Origin: Podarcis bocagei
Taxonomy: Eukaryota
Length of the DNA: 64,000 nucleotides
Strand: one strand, 5' to 3'
Assembly: GCA_964188305.1 (NCBI GenBank)
Contig: OZ076888.1
The translations under genes were made by a program, and so were the position numbers. How positions within the stretch are numbered: the stretch's first letter is position 1; each line of letters starts with the position of its first letter. Below the pieces are notes generated by a model that was given only the letters and a program-made list of their open reading frames with translations, was not told the DNA's origin and searched no databases. Shown piece by piece: positions 1-10,927 of the stretch.

Positions 1-481
1 CTGGGCTGCCTGTGGTTTGGAGCAGTTCCAGCCAGAAGCCTCCTTCCGCTAGGTATTGCGGAAGAGCCAGCAGGAAGAGAGAGAACTGGACTTCCCAGGA
101 TACTTTAACAGAGAAACTTTTACAATCAACAAAGGCTTCTAACCACACCCATTAAGGACTGGAACCAATTAATGTTGCACAGACAGAGCATGTGAAAGCC
201 TATCAGATAAGCTTTTGCTACTATGTGGATTTTGTAAGTCTTGTATTGTATCCAGAGAATACAAGCTATTGAGTGTCTAATAAACGTAGCAAAACAACAT
301 GAAAAAAGAAACCCATCATGGAAATTAATAAAATTGTCGCAAGCTAGTCCCTTGGAAAATGGGTGGGTTCCTTGGGGGGAGGATTCTTTAGAACAATTCA
401 TGGTACTGTAATTAAGGGCAACAGGACCATAATTAGCTAGCAGGAAGTGTGGTAGAGGGAGGAAATCTCTCATTTGTCACA
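1..481 (+). mobile_element. Possible 3' part of a solo LTR
   Basis: AATAAA at ~279 after a tgtaagt/tgtat-rich stretch, ending in ...TGTCACA at 481; 5' end is outside the window so no TSD can be checked. Confidence 0.3.
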
Positions 482-1454
482 GAAACAGATTCCTAAAGGG
501 ATCTTAAAAATGCTTCCAGCTTTGCTAGTCCAGGTAGGTCCTGTAAGGGAATGTGGATTCCAGAGAAAATGGAAGCTTGTAGGACTTTAGAAATCAAATC
601 ATGGTGAATGCAGGCCCAGATTGTGACACTTATTTAGGATAAGAATATCATAGGAAGGCATAATAAATTATCTGAGGTCAGATGTGAATGCCAAGGAACC
701 TTTTCTTATTCTTGCACAAGAGTTTATCACCCAGCCTCTTAAAGATTTATTATTAAAGTATTTGCAATACTGACTTTCTATCACAAAAATAATTCAAGGT
801 GGCTAGGCACAGACAGCAAAATGAGATGAATCCATAAACACGCATTATTGAAAGTGAAGCAATTGGACAATACAGAAGAGCCCACATCGCCCCCGCAAAA
901 TAGCAGAGTAACAAAAAGCACAGCCCTGCAAGACTGGTACACAGGAAGCTTAACCTGGAACAACCATAGTAGAAACTAGAAGAGAATTTTTTCAGCTACC
1001 CAAAGAGGAGGTGGATTCCCCAGGATTTCCACATATAGAGATATGCTGGTGAAATGTATTTTTATACGTACTGGAATAACTGGCTGGGATTCCCTAGCTT
1101 AGCTCATCCAAAATAGACCAGGCAGATGGTAGCAGCAGTGTTCCTTTTTTAAGAATCAGGCAGAGAAATGAGAGGAGGAAATGGCTGTAATCCTACAGTA
1201 GAGCATCAGAAGATGCCTGGTGCCCATTGGGACTGGTGAGGTAGAGGGCAGAGAGCCCAACAGAAGGTGGAGCCAGAGCAAACTAATTGTTGCCCCTTTC
1301 CTCTTCCCTGCTGAGTTCTGCAAGTGCTGAGACCAGGGAGGAGGAAGCTGACAGCCAGTGCCACCCCTTGAGCTGGTTTCAAGTAAGGAGGCAGGCAATT
1401 GAGGGCTAACTGAGAGCAGACTGAGGTTGGTGGGACAGCGCTCCAGTAACCCCA

Positions 1455-1625
1455 ATGAACCAACCTCCACTGCTATCAAGTCCATCCACCTCAGTATTGC
1501 CAACACTGATAGGCAGTGACTTTCCAAGTTTTCAGGCAGGAGTCTCTTGGTCCTTCCTGGAGATGATGGAAATTGAAGCTGGGATCTTCTGAATGGATAG
1601 CAGAGCATTCTCCTATGGTCCTTCA
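1455..1625 (-). mobile_element. Degenerate tRNA-derived squamate SINE (Squam2-like)
   Basis: gtccatc..ctcagtattg..acactga..ggcag..ttttcaggcagg..cctggagatg pattern shared with other copies in the window. Confidence 0.65.
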
Positions 1626-1880
1626 AGTGGTTCCTCCCATTATCCCTCTCTGTGGCATATGAGAGAGGAGGGCAGCTAAGCCATTAAGGAGAGACTTTGG
1701 GGTTGTTTCTGTGTTTACAACATCATGCATCACTCACAGAGTGAATGAGGGAGAAGCCAAAGGGGCACATGGTGTGGTGGACAGATGGGAAAGTGACGCT
1801 CTGGTTCAACATCCCTGTTTACTGCCACTTCTTCCAACATGGCACCATACAAGAACGTCAAGCTCACTATGCTGTTAAAC

Positions 1881-2400
1881 GGAACATTGGAAGCTGCGTT
1901 ATATTGAGTCAGACTCTCTATTCATCTAGCTCAGCATTAACTACCCTGGCTGGCAGGGGCATAGCACGGGGAGTGCCAGGGGAGCTGTGGCCTCAGGTGC
2001 ATAATTTTGGAAGTGGCATGAACCAGGCGTCCCTATGCAGGTGACCCCAGCATGGTGCAGCCCAATGCTCCTCTCTGCCCACCAAGGGCTGCATTGGCTG
2101 GCCAGGCTCCCGCCAGTGTGGACGAGCGAGCAGCTCAGTGCAGCCCCATTTTGCTCCAATGTGGGTGGGGTTGTTCCAGTGGCAAGGGCTGGGCTGGCAC
2201 GTGCTCTGGGTGCCAGCAACCGGTGCTGCGCCACTGCTGACTGGCAGTGGTTCTCCAGGGTTTCAGGCAGGGGACATTCCCAGCCCTACCAGGAGATGCC
2301 AGGGACTGGACCTGCCACACTCATGCTTTCATTCCTGGCTTACTTTGCTCTGTGTGCCTCGTGTTCTGAGACACAGAACACTGGCCATTATAGAACCTGC
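1881..2400 (-). mobile_element. Squam2-like SINE split by a hAT MITE
   Basis: ggaagctgc..tgagtcagac..catctagctcag (1881-1953) resumes as ctgactggcagtggttctccagggtttcaggcagg..ggagatgccaggga (from 2237). Confidence 0.7.
1954..2236. mobile_element. hAT-type non-autonomous DNA transposon (MITE)
   Basis: TIR CAGGGGCATAGCAC...GTGCTGCGCCACTG; 8-bp TSD ctggctgg/ctgactgg. Confidence 0.8.
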
Positions 2401-2671
2401 CTGAGCTGAAATTATAATTCAGTATTACTCCCTATGACTGTGGAAAATGGACAGATTATTTTCTTCTGAACTGTAGACAGGCAGGACTTTTCAACATTCC
2501 AGGCTCAGGGGAACATGATTTCTAAACTGAAACTGGCCCAACATTTACTGTCAGCCATTTCTTCCTATTCTGCCTATGTTGGCTTGAAAGTCCTTTGCAG
2601 TCTAGTACTTTTCTCTGTGGAAAGATGTAGGCATTCAAATGCTGAAAGTAACCAGGATTGGTCCCTTAATA

Positions 2672-2912
2672 TAGTGGTACGTTGGTTTACGAACTTAATC
2701 TGTTCCGGAAGTCCGTTCTTAAACCAAAGCCGTTCTTAAACTGAGGCGTGCTTTCCCTAATGAGGCCTCCCACTGCTGGTGCCCTTCCACTGTTCAGCTT
2801 CCGTTCATAGACCGAGGTAAACTTTGCTAAGTGGAACACTAGTTCCAGCTTTGTGGTGTTCGTATACTGAATAGTTCATAAACAAGGCTGTTCTTAAACT
2901 GAGGTACCAGTG
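2672..2912. mobile_element. Tc1/mariner (Tigger-like) MITE
   Basis: TA-flanked degenerate CAGTGGTACC...GGTACCACTG termini; internal repeats of gttcttaaac. Confidence 0.75.
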
Positions 2913-3229
2913 TAGTTATTTTTTGAGGGGAGAGGAGCCTTGCCACAACTCATTAGCATATGGCAATAACTTAATAACATATACAGATCACCAACGATCT
3001 GCAAACCCAAAGAAAATGAAATAAAAACTACATAGCCAGGAGGTAAACTTAGAGCAGGAATGATTAAGCCTCATTCTCATAAACAGGAAAACATGCAACA
3101 GACACAAGTGAAATGGTGGCTGCAAAGCACCCCAGTTGAAACATTTTATAAGGAGCTAAACAGCACCATTTCCAGCACCCTTCCTCCCCCCCCCAACCCA
3201 GTAGCATCTGCAGCTGGAAAGATCTAAAG

Positions 3230-3365
3230 CAGGCACCCCCAAGCTTTGGCCCTCCAGCTGTTTTGGACTACAATTCCCATGATCCCTGACCACTGGTCCT
3301 GTTAGCTAGGGATCATAGGAGTTGGAGGCCAAAACATCTGGAGGGCCGCAGGTTGGGGGTGCCTG
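3230..3365. mobile_element. 136-bp palindromic hAT MITE
   Basis: TIR CAGGCACCCCCAA...TTGGGGGTGCCTG; perfect 8-bp TSD atctaaag. Confidence 0.9.
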
Positions 3366-4755
3366 ATCTAAAGCTACTAGACTTAGAAATGTCTTTCTGG
3401 ACTGAGTTCCCCACCCCAGTTTTGGCCCCGATTCCTTAGGCCAGCACAGCAAGCCCCATACCCTGGGAAGCTGGAAACTGTCACTCCACATATCCCAGAG
3501 CACAGTAGCTGAGATTATAGTCTTGGCCAGCCTTCTCAAGTCGTGTGCAATTAAAATCCCAGCTAATCCCTTAAGGAATGCTGGGCACTGCAGCACGCCA
3601 GGCTCAAGGGAGATAACCTTTGTGGCATATAGAAAGCTCAAAAAAAAAAATCAACCCACACTTACCCCAGTGATCTTTCTGTGGAAGTCAAAACGCAGGT
3701 TGTTGTCCATTTGGGCAATCTCTGTCTTTTATGTCCAGACAATGCAATGAAGGTTCAGCAGGAATAAGTGAAGTTGCCTGGCTGAGATCCACTTGCTCAT
3801 TTCAGTGACCCATGATGGGATTGTCCAGGAGAGATGAAAAACTCAGCAAAGTAATACTTGATGCTGTAAGACCCTCTGGAGGCTCAAGCTACGGAGACGC
3901 AGACACACACCTCCCCACCCCCACCAACTTGCCAAATGACGGACAGAAAAAGCCACAGGCACATGGGCCAAGGCAGTAAAAGTAAGATAGGGAGAGAAAG
4001 ATGCAAGAGACGGAAGAAAAGCTCTGCTTCATTAAGCCCTTAGAGGCAGTGCTCAATCACATGATGGTTGATGTGATTCGCTTCGCTTATTTGAGAAAGA
4101 GATACATAGTTCAGAACCTGGAGCTGCTAGGACCTTCCAGCATTGGCAGCTGCCCAGGGCAATGTTAACTCTCTCTGTACCTGGATAACGGTTGTAGGAG
4201 AAGGGATTAGCACATTAGAAATGTATAACAATAAGGGCCATTGTAGAGCTGAAGGGTGGGATTCAATTCAGCCTTGTTTAGAGTAGATCCATCAAAATTA
4301 ATTGGCTACCTTAGCCATGTTCATTCATTTCAATGAGTGTATGCTGGGGCTGATGGAAGTTGAGAGTCCAGCAACATGTGGACTTCCTGCCCTAAATGGA
4401 GAACAGAATGGAATCCTTTTCTTTCAGGATTTCATGTCGGGTGCTAGAGGGGGATGAGGTAGCAATGCATCGTGAGTCTATATAGCCTCACAGATTTGGG
4501 AGAGATTTCAAGTTTAACTCCTTGCTGATTGGGGAAGTCCACTGCTAGGTGGACTCTAACTAAAATCTCTAACTAAGGAAAGTTCATTGCTTTCCAAGGG
4601 TGTTGAACAGTTCATACCACCAGGCAATATTTAGTAATGTGTGGTCTAAATCCACTCATTAGGCTGAACCCATTGGTTTTGGATCCTATCCCTACACTGT
4701 GCAGCAACAGAAGAAAAAACTTGGCTTCATCTATTTGAAGGTGGCTTTCATATTA

Positions 4756-5527
4756 CCGTATTTTTCGCACCATAAGACGCACCGGCCCATAAGACGCACC
4801 TAGATTTTTGGGGGGGAAATAAAGGGAAAAAATTTTATTTCCCCCCCAGGTGCGCTGCGCTACACCAGGAGCTTGGGGCAGGCTGAGGTCAGCGCGCCCC
4901 AAGCTTCTGCGTGCCGGCAAGCAGTCCGCTAGCCCTGGGAGAGCCGCGGGGCTCTCCCAGGGCTAGCGGATCGCTGCGCTACACCAGGAGCTTGGGGCGT
5001 GCTGAGCTCAGCGCGCCCCAAGCTTCTAGGTGCGTGCAAGCAGTCTGCTGCCGCCCCAAGCCTCGCGCACCCGGTGGGACCTCCTGCCGGGTGCGCGAGG
5101 CTTGCAGACACTCGCCCGAAGCAGGGGGAGCCCTCCCGAGGGCTCCCCGTGCTTCGGGCGACAGGCTGCCGCCCCAAGCCTCGCGCACCCGGTGGGACCT
5201 CCTGCCGGGTGCGCGAGGCTTGCAGACACTCCCCGCACGCGCTCTTCCGGCTGGGGAGGTGACCCGCGGCTATAGAGGCTCCTGCCATAGCCGCACGTCA
5301 CCTCTCCAGCCGGGAGAGGGTCGCGGGGGCTGCTTTAGCCCCGTGCGCGTGCTCTCCCGGCTGGAGAGGTAACACGGGGCTGTAGAGGTTCCTGCCATAG
5401 CCGCGTGTCACCTCTCCAGTCGGGAGAGGGTCGCGGGGCTATGGCGTCTTCGCTCCATAGGACGCACACACATTTCCCCTTCATTTTTGAAGGGGGAAAA
5501 GTGCGTCCTATAGAGCGAAAAATACGG
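4756..5527. mobile_element. Young Tc1/mariner-superfamily (pogo/Tc2-like) MITE with GC-rich palindromic interior
   Basis: TA TSD; TIR CCGTATTTTTCGC...GCGAAAAATACGG; subterminal ataagacgcac repeats; CpG-rich. Confidence 0.9.
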
Positions 5528-6446
5528 TACCTCTTAATTGTGCTTTCTTCAGGCTAAACATGGCCAGTTCCTTCAGCCATTCCTTATAAAACTTGAGGTG
5601 CTTCTAAGTGAGCTGTTGATTGAGCATTTATCCTGATTCATTTGTTCACAGAGCAGCTAGACAATGCTGACTTGTTAGTGAGCATTCATCTCTATCTGGT
5701 TGCAGGGAGTTTGTTTAGACAATGTTGCATCAAACACTTTCCATAGTTTCCAGTGCATTTCCCCATTACTTTCCATATTTCCCAAAAATTCGATATTTTG
5801 GGAAAGTGGGTTTGTTGTGCAAGTCTTCCTGATCTACTATCACAACCTGAATTGGGTGGTATGTGCTTGAATCCCACCCCCAAATAGCAAGGCTTCTCAA
5901 CATCTTTGTTCCTGTTCCAGTTGGATGGTGTTGAAGGGAAGAGTCTGCTCTCCCAAACCTTTCCCAAAAGTAATAAAAAGTCCCTCCAACCACTAGCATA
6001 AATTTTGTGCCTCTCCCTACCCAATCACATTGTCCTTTTAAAAAAAAAAGCATGGAGATTTATTTTCTTCATGAAAACACAAGTTGCCTTCTGTTCAAAA
6101 AATCATTTCTCTTGGTGTGATTAAATTTGCTCTAAAACCATGTTGGCACACCATGCAGTCACACATCTGGAGAGGTGCCCATGTTTTTTGGGTTCACCCC
6201 AGTAACAGTGCAGCGGTAAGAGTCAAAGGGCTGCAACTGACCCTAGCTTAAGCCTATTAACCTTGAGATAAGGCAAGAAACAGTCTAGGGAAAGGGGTTG
6301 ACAGAGCCAGTATCTGGCGAACCTCAGATCAAATGGAGAATTTATTGACAAGCATAAAAGCACTTTGAGCGGCAAATCCCAGTGCTTTGGAGAACCAGGA
6401 GAATAGTTCTGATATTTAAACCAAATTCCTAGACTCAAAAGTTCGT

Positions 6447-6975
6447 AAGGAACATAGTAAGGAACATAGTAAGCCATAGTAAGTCAGACCATTTGGTTCA
6501 CTTTGCTCAGTATTGTCTGCATCAACTGGCAGTTCTCCAGAATTACAGGTATAGGACATCCCTTATCTGGGACATGGGTGGCACTGTGGTCTAAACCACA
6601 GAGCCTAGGGCTTGCCGATCAGAAGGTCGGCGGTTTGAATCCCCACGACGGGGTGAGCTCCCGTTGCTTGGTCCCTGCTCCTGCCAACCTAGCAGTTCGA
6701 AAGCACATCAAAGTGCAAGTAGATAAACAGGTACCACTCCAGTGGGAAGGTAAATGGTGTTTCCGTGCACTGCTCTGGTTCGCCAGAACTGCTCTGGTTC
6801 GCTTAGTCATGCTGGCCACATGACCTGGAAGCTGTACGCTGGCTCCCTCGGCCAGTAAAGCGAGATGAGCGCCACAACCCCAGAGTCGGCCACAGCTGGA
6901 CCTAACTGTCAGGGGTACCTGTACCTTTATCTGGAGATGCTGGCAGTTGTTCTCAATGAGCTATGGCACTTCCCC
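6447..6975 (-). mobile_element. Squam2-like SINE interrupted by a Sauria SINE
   Basis: Tail repeat aaggaacatagt x2, then agtcagaccattt..ctcagtattgtc..; resumes ctggagatgctgg after 6930. Confidence 0.6.
6569..6926 (+). mobile_element. Sauria SINE (Squam1), full length
   Basis: tRNA-like head GGGACATGGGTGGCACTGTGG..GGTTTGAATCCC, diagnostic CTGCCAACCTAGCAGTTCGAAAGCA core, ACCTTT tail; TSD ttatctgg. Confidence 0.92.
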
Positions 6976-7342
6976 TGTAAATTTTCAGACAATAATCCTA
7001 ACACATTTACTTGGGAACAGATGTGTCCTATTGAACTCAAGAGGATTTATGACCAAGTAGGCAAGTATAGGGTTACACTGTAAGTGTATGTCTTTTGCAC
7101 CAGGCACCAGTTGGTAGATCTTAAGGTTTTAGTAAAAAAAACACAACAACACCCAGAGTAGATCCTGGGACCCTGAATTCTTCCTACCCGTGTACTAGAA
7201 TAATACAAGTGGCCTTAATTGATATTGGAAAGAATTGAACGTTCTTACACGCACACAAAATCACTGGTGACCTCTGGAGTATTTTCTCCTTTTGAAGAGT
7301 TCTGTTGATGCTTAGCACAATGCCTGTGCCAACTTCTTAAAG

Positions 7343-7664
7343 CAGGGGTCAGCAACCTTTTTCAGCCATGGGCCTGTCCACCATCCCTCAGAGTATGTGG
7401 TGGGCCGGACTATATTTTTTGGGGGGGAAATGAACGAATTCTTATGCCCCATAAATAACCCAGAGATGCATTCTAAATAAAAGCACACATTCTACTCATG
7501 TAAAAACACCAGGCAGACCCCACAAATAACCCAGAGATGCATTTTAAATAAAAGGACACATTCTACTCATGTAAAAACACACTGATTCCCAGACCATCCA
7601 CGGGCTGGATTGAGAAGGCAATTGGGCCGCATCCGGCCCATGAACCTTAGGTTGCCTACCCCTG
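7343..7664. mobile_element. hAT (Charlie-like) MITE with an internal ~70-bp tandem duplication
   Basis: TIR CAGGGGTCAGCAACC...GGTTGCCTACCCCTG; perfect TSD tcttaaag; duplicated aaataacccagagatgcatt...ctcatgtaaaaacac. Confidence 0.9.
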
Positions 7665-7944
7665 TCTTAAAGTCTTGAGTCACTTCACTTTGGGAGCAGT
7701 GGGAGATATGGTTGTTATGCAAATATTCATCAATGAGCTATTGTCCTGCCAATATCTAGGCTTTTAAAAGCATATTTCCTACAGGGTGTGTTCAGTATTA
7801 GTCTCCAGTATCAGGAGGAGAAAACCAGTTGTGCCACACTGCCCATGTTACATGGAATAAAATTGGTTCTTTCATTGCTTAGCAATGCCCAAGCAGTATT
7901 TGTGAAGTGAGGAAACAGTGCCAGGGAAAGGTGATTTCTGCTCC

Positions 7945-8320
7945 TTAGAAATCAGTAATGTCGATTTCAATTCTCTTTGTTTCTCATTTTCCAATCTTAC
8001 ACTCAGTTCTCCACATTTCCACAGCAATTTGCAATTTTAAAAAATCCTCATTGTCTGCATTTTAGTGTGAATTTATCCAATTAAAACATTTTTATGCCCT
8101 TTTGACTAATGCACACCTTTTTGCAGTTTCCTGACACAAGGCAATTTTGTATGTTATTTTCATAAATGTATTCATTTTTTATGCATGCTTACTGCCAATA
8201 TATGCATATTTGTAAAAGTTGGCTGGAAAACTGAATCGCAAAATGCATTTGTGCATTAGTTTGAGAAGGGTGAATTAGTTTCACATTAAAATGCAAACAA
8301 AACCAAATTTCTTTCCTTGT
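7945..8320. mobile_element. Old AT-rich non-autonomous DNA transposon remnant
   Basis: Recurrent tgca/tttt motifs typical of squamate MITE interiors; termini degraded. Confidence 0.4.
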
Positions 8321-10783
8321 TCTTTCCTACTCAGAACAAATACTTCCCTTTTGGAAAATGAGGCAGTAAAGCAGGTGAAGCAGAGACCTTCAGAGTTTGG
8401 TAATGAACTGAGTTGGAGGGCAAGAGCAGCAAAGAGCCGGCCGCAGTTATTCAATTTACGGTCAGAAGTCTTCATTTTTGGGAGAGCTTGTGAGGCTGAG
8501 GCAGCCCACAAGGCACAAGACTGAAAACTCTTGGCAGCAAAAGAATCATTTTTTCCTAGACTGGGTGGCCACCCCTTCCCAAGCCTTCACTCTAGCCATG
8601 AAAGAACACTTTTGTATTCTTATAAGTTGGTGGATGGAATTTGTTTTGCGGAAACCGGGCATTCTGCCAAGCTTGGATATTTCTTGCTGCCCCAGAAAAA
8701 GAATTTGCAGCACCTCTAGCTCCCCCACCTACCTGGTATACCAGCATTTGGGCCAAGATGCACAAGTATCTTGCTTCTCTTCAGTACCACACTAGTAACT
8801 GAGTGCTATTCCAGGTTCCAGGATCAATTATCCATAATGCCTTTCAACTCCCAGCTGACATGCTTCTCGCATTGTGGGCCAATTTCAGAAGAGGCACTTC
8901 ATTTTCAAATTTCAATTTTCCCTGCATGATGACATTACACTCATCTGTGCAATGTTTTTTTGAGCAGAACCCAAACTTTTGCATTCTGACATCACACCCA
9001 CCATTGCTAGTGTGTAACATGAGACCTCAAGCAAGTCTCATAAACCTGTTGTGTCAATGCATTGTCCTGGCTCAAGGGATTCTCAACATTGGATGTGTAT
9101 CATGATGCAAAAGTACATGAGATGCATGCCCATAGCTTTGTCCAGAGCAGATTTGGAAGGTGGTTGAGAGCAAGGAGACTCAGGACAATTTAAAGACACC
9201 CTCTACAATTTTAGTACAACAATGCATGATTAAGGACAGCTCCAATGCATGGGCATCTCATAGCAGGATTGGAAAGAAAGTTGATCAGAATCTAGGGACA
9301 ATCTCTGGGTGAGCTACTGCAGATCGGCAAATGCCTTCAACTCCCAAAACTTTGTTCACCTCAATGAGGCAGCTGAAATGAAGAAAGCTCATCCGGAGTG
9401 GATTTTTGTGTGAAATGGCTTGAGGCTCATTTCAGTTCTGGTACTGAAAATGAATCCCTCTGTACAGAAAGCACCAGAAGGCTCCCAGTTTTTAAATTTT
9501 AACCATATGCCTTTTGGACTTGGTTCCTGTTGGTAGATCATTGGATTTGGGCAGGGGCAGGAGGGGAAGTGATGCAGCAAGCCTAGTCTTTCCAGCCCAG
9601 CATAGTATTTATGTGAAATATACGCTACCTTTCTCATAGCACATTTTATCATTGGAGTTGGGAATCCTAAATAAAGCCACCTTAGGATTTCAGTTTTCTC
9701 ACTGCTCCTCAAAACAGCATCCTGGGTGGCCGACTGAGTGAAGCAGAGGACCTCAGCAGGTAACTGCCCAGAACATACTACTTGACGTAGTCCAGATTTA
9801 GCCACTTCCCTTTCCTCAAGGCAGGGTGCCAAAAGATAGAATGTAGATACAACCTAGAAAGCCAGTCATGCAAAGGAGAATGTCCACGCTGAGCTGGAAA
9901 CCTAGTGGAAAGATGTCCTTTGGCGTATTAGGAATAGGAGGTGAAAAGAGGGGAGAGCAACAGGCAGTGCCCTGTGAGGGGCCCAGTAGCCTGAGAACAA
10001 AATAGGGACAAACAAACCTTCCAAATGCACAAGTAAAAAGTGAAGGCACTAGTAGCAAGCAATACTGTAAAATTTAGAGAAATGGCAGCACATATATTCT
10101 TCTCTACCAGCCCCTAGCAAGCTAGTAAATAATTTTGAGGGCTAGCAACTTTTATGGTCTGCAATACTGTTTTGAAGGGTTTCCTTAACTGGTGATGCCA
10201 GAACCCCCTTTCTTTATTCAGTTTCTTTCAAGTTTAGTATTGTGGTTAATTTGTCCTCAAATGTTTGGAAATGTCTAGAATTTGTTTTGTTAAATTTTTA
10301 TATTATTTCTTAAATGAAATGCTACTTGGATAGTTTTGGGTTTTTTGCAGTCTAAAACATTTGTTAAATCCAGCAAACAAGCAATCTGTGGAGTTTGATT
10401 TCTAATTGGAAAATAACCATTCCCCCCCTCCCTGCCCTTGGTTCACGGTTTTGCTCTGCAACCACAGATTGTATTTTCTCTCCCTGTGAAACGTCACAAA
10501 GCGCCACACAATTTACAGGCATTTTGCATAGTTGGACAAGGATGTTATGATACACAGAACAGATTTTACTTAATATAGGCCCTACTGTTTTGAGGGTGCC
10601 TCCAAGGTGCCTATGTTTTCCATCTGTTTTTCCACCAGCCTTCCTAAAGGAAAATCATGGAGAAGGTAGTAGGCAGGTCTGTTGGAATATATGGAACAGT
10701 GACATCTAGAACATAGTGTGACACACACTAGTCTTAATGAAAATGCAAGGCAGACAAAAGAGAGCAGCAGAAGCCAAGACGAG

Positions 10784-10927
10784 GCTTGGCTAGCTCAGTC
10801 GGTAGAGCATGAAACTCTTAATCTCAAAGTTGTGAGGATAAGGCCCATATTGAGCTAAAGATTCCTGCACTGCAGGGGGTTGGATTAGATGACCCTTGTG
10901 GTCCCTTCTGACTCTATAATTCTATTA
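10784..10927 (+). mobile_element. tRNA-Lys(CTT)-derived SINE with CR1 3' tail
   Basis: Head GCTTGGCTAGCTCAGTCGGTAGAGCATGAAACTCTTAATCTCA matches tRNA-Lys-CTT with a degenerate T-arm; tail GCAGGGGGTTGGATTAGATGACCCTTGTGGTCCCTTC..CTCTATAATTCTA matches the CR1 end at ~46017-46080. Confidence 0.85.

Noticed and set aside
4911-5372. Several overlapping GC-rich ORFs on both strands
   Set aside because: By-product of the stop-poor palindromic MITE interior
10784-10857. Functional tRNA-Lys gene
   Set aside because: T-arm/B-box is destroyed (GTGAGGATAAGGCCC) and it is fused to a CR1 tail, so it is a SINE
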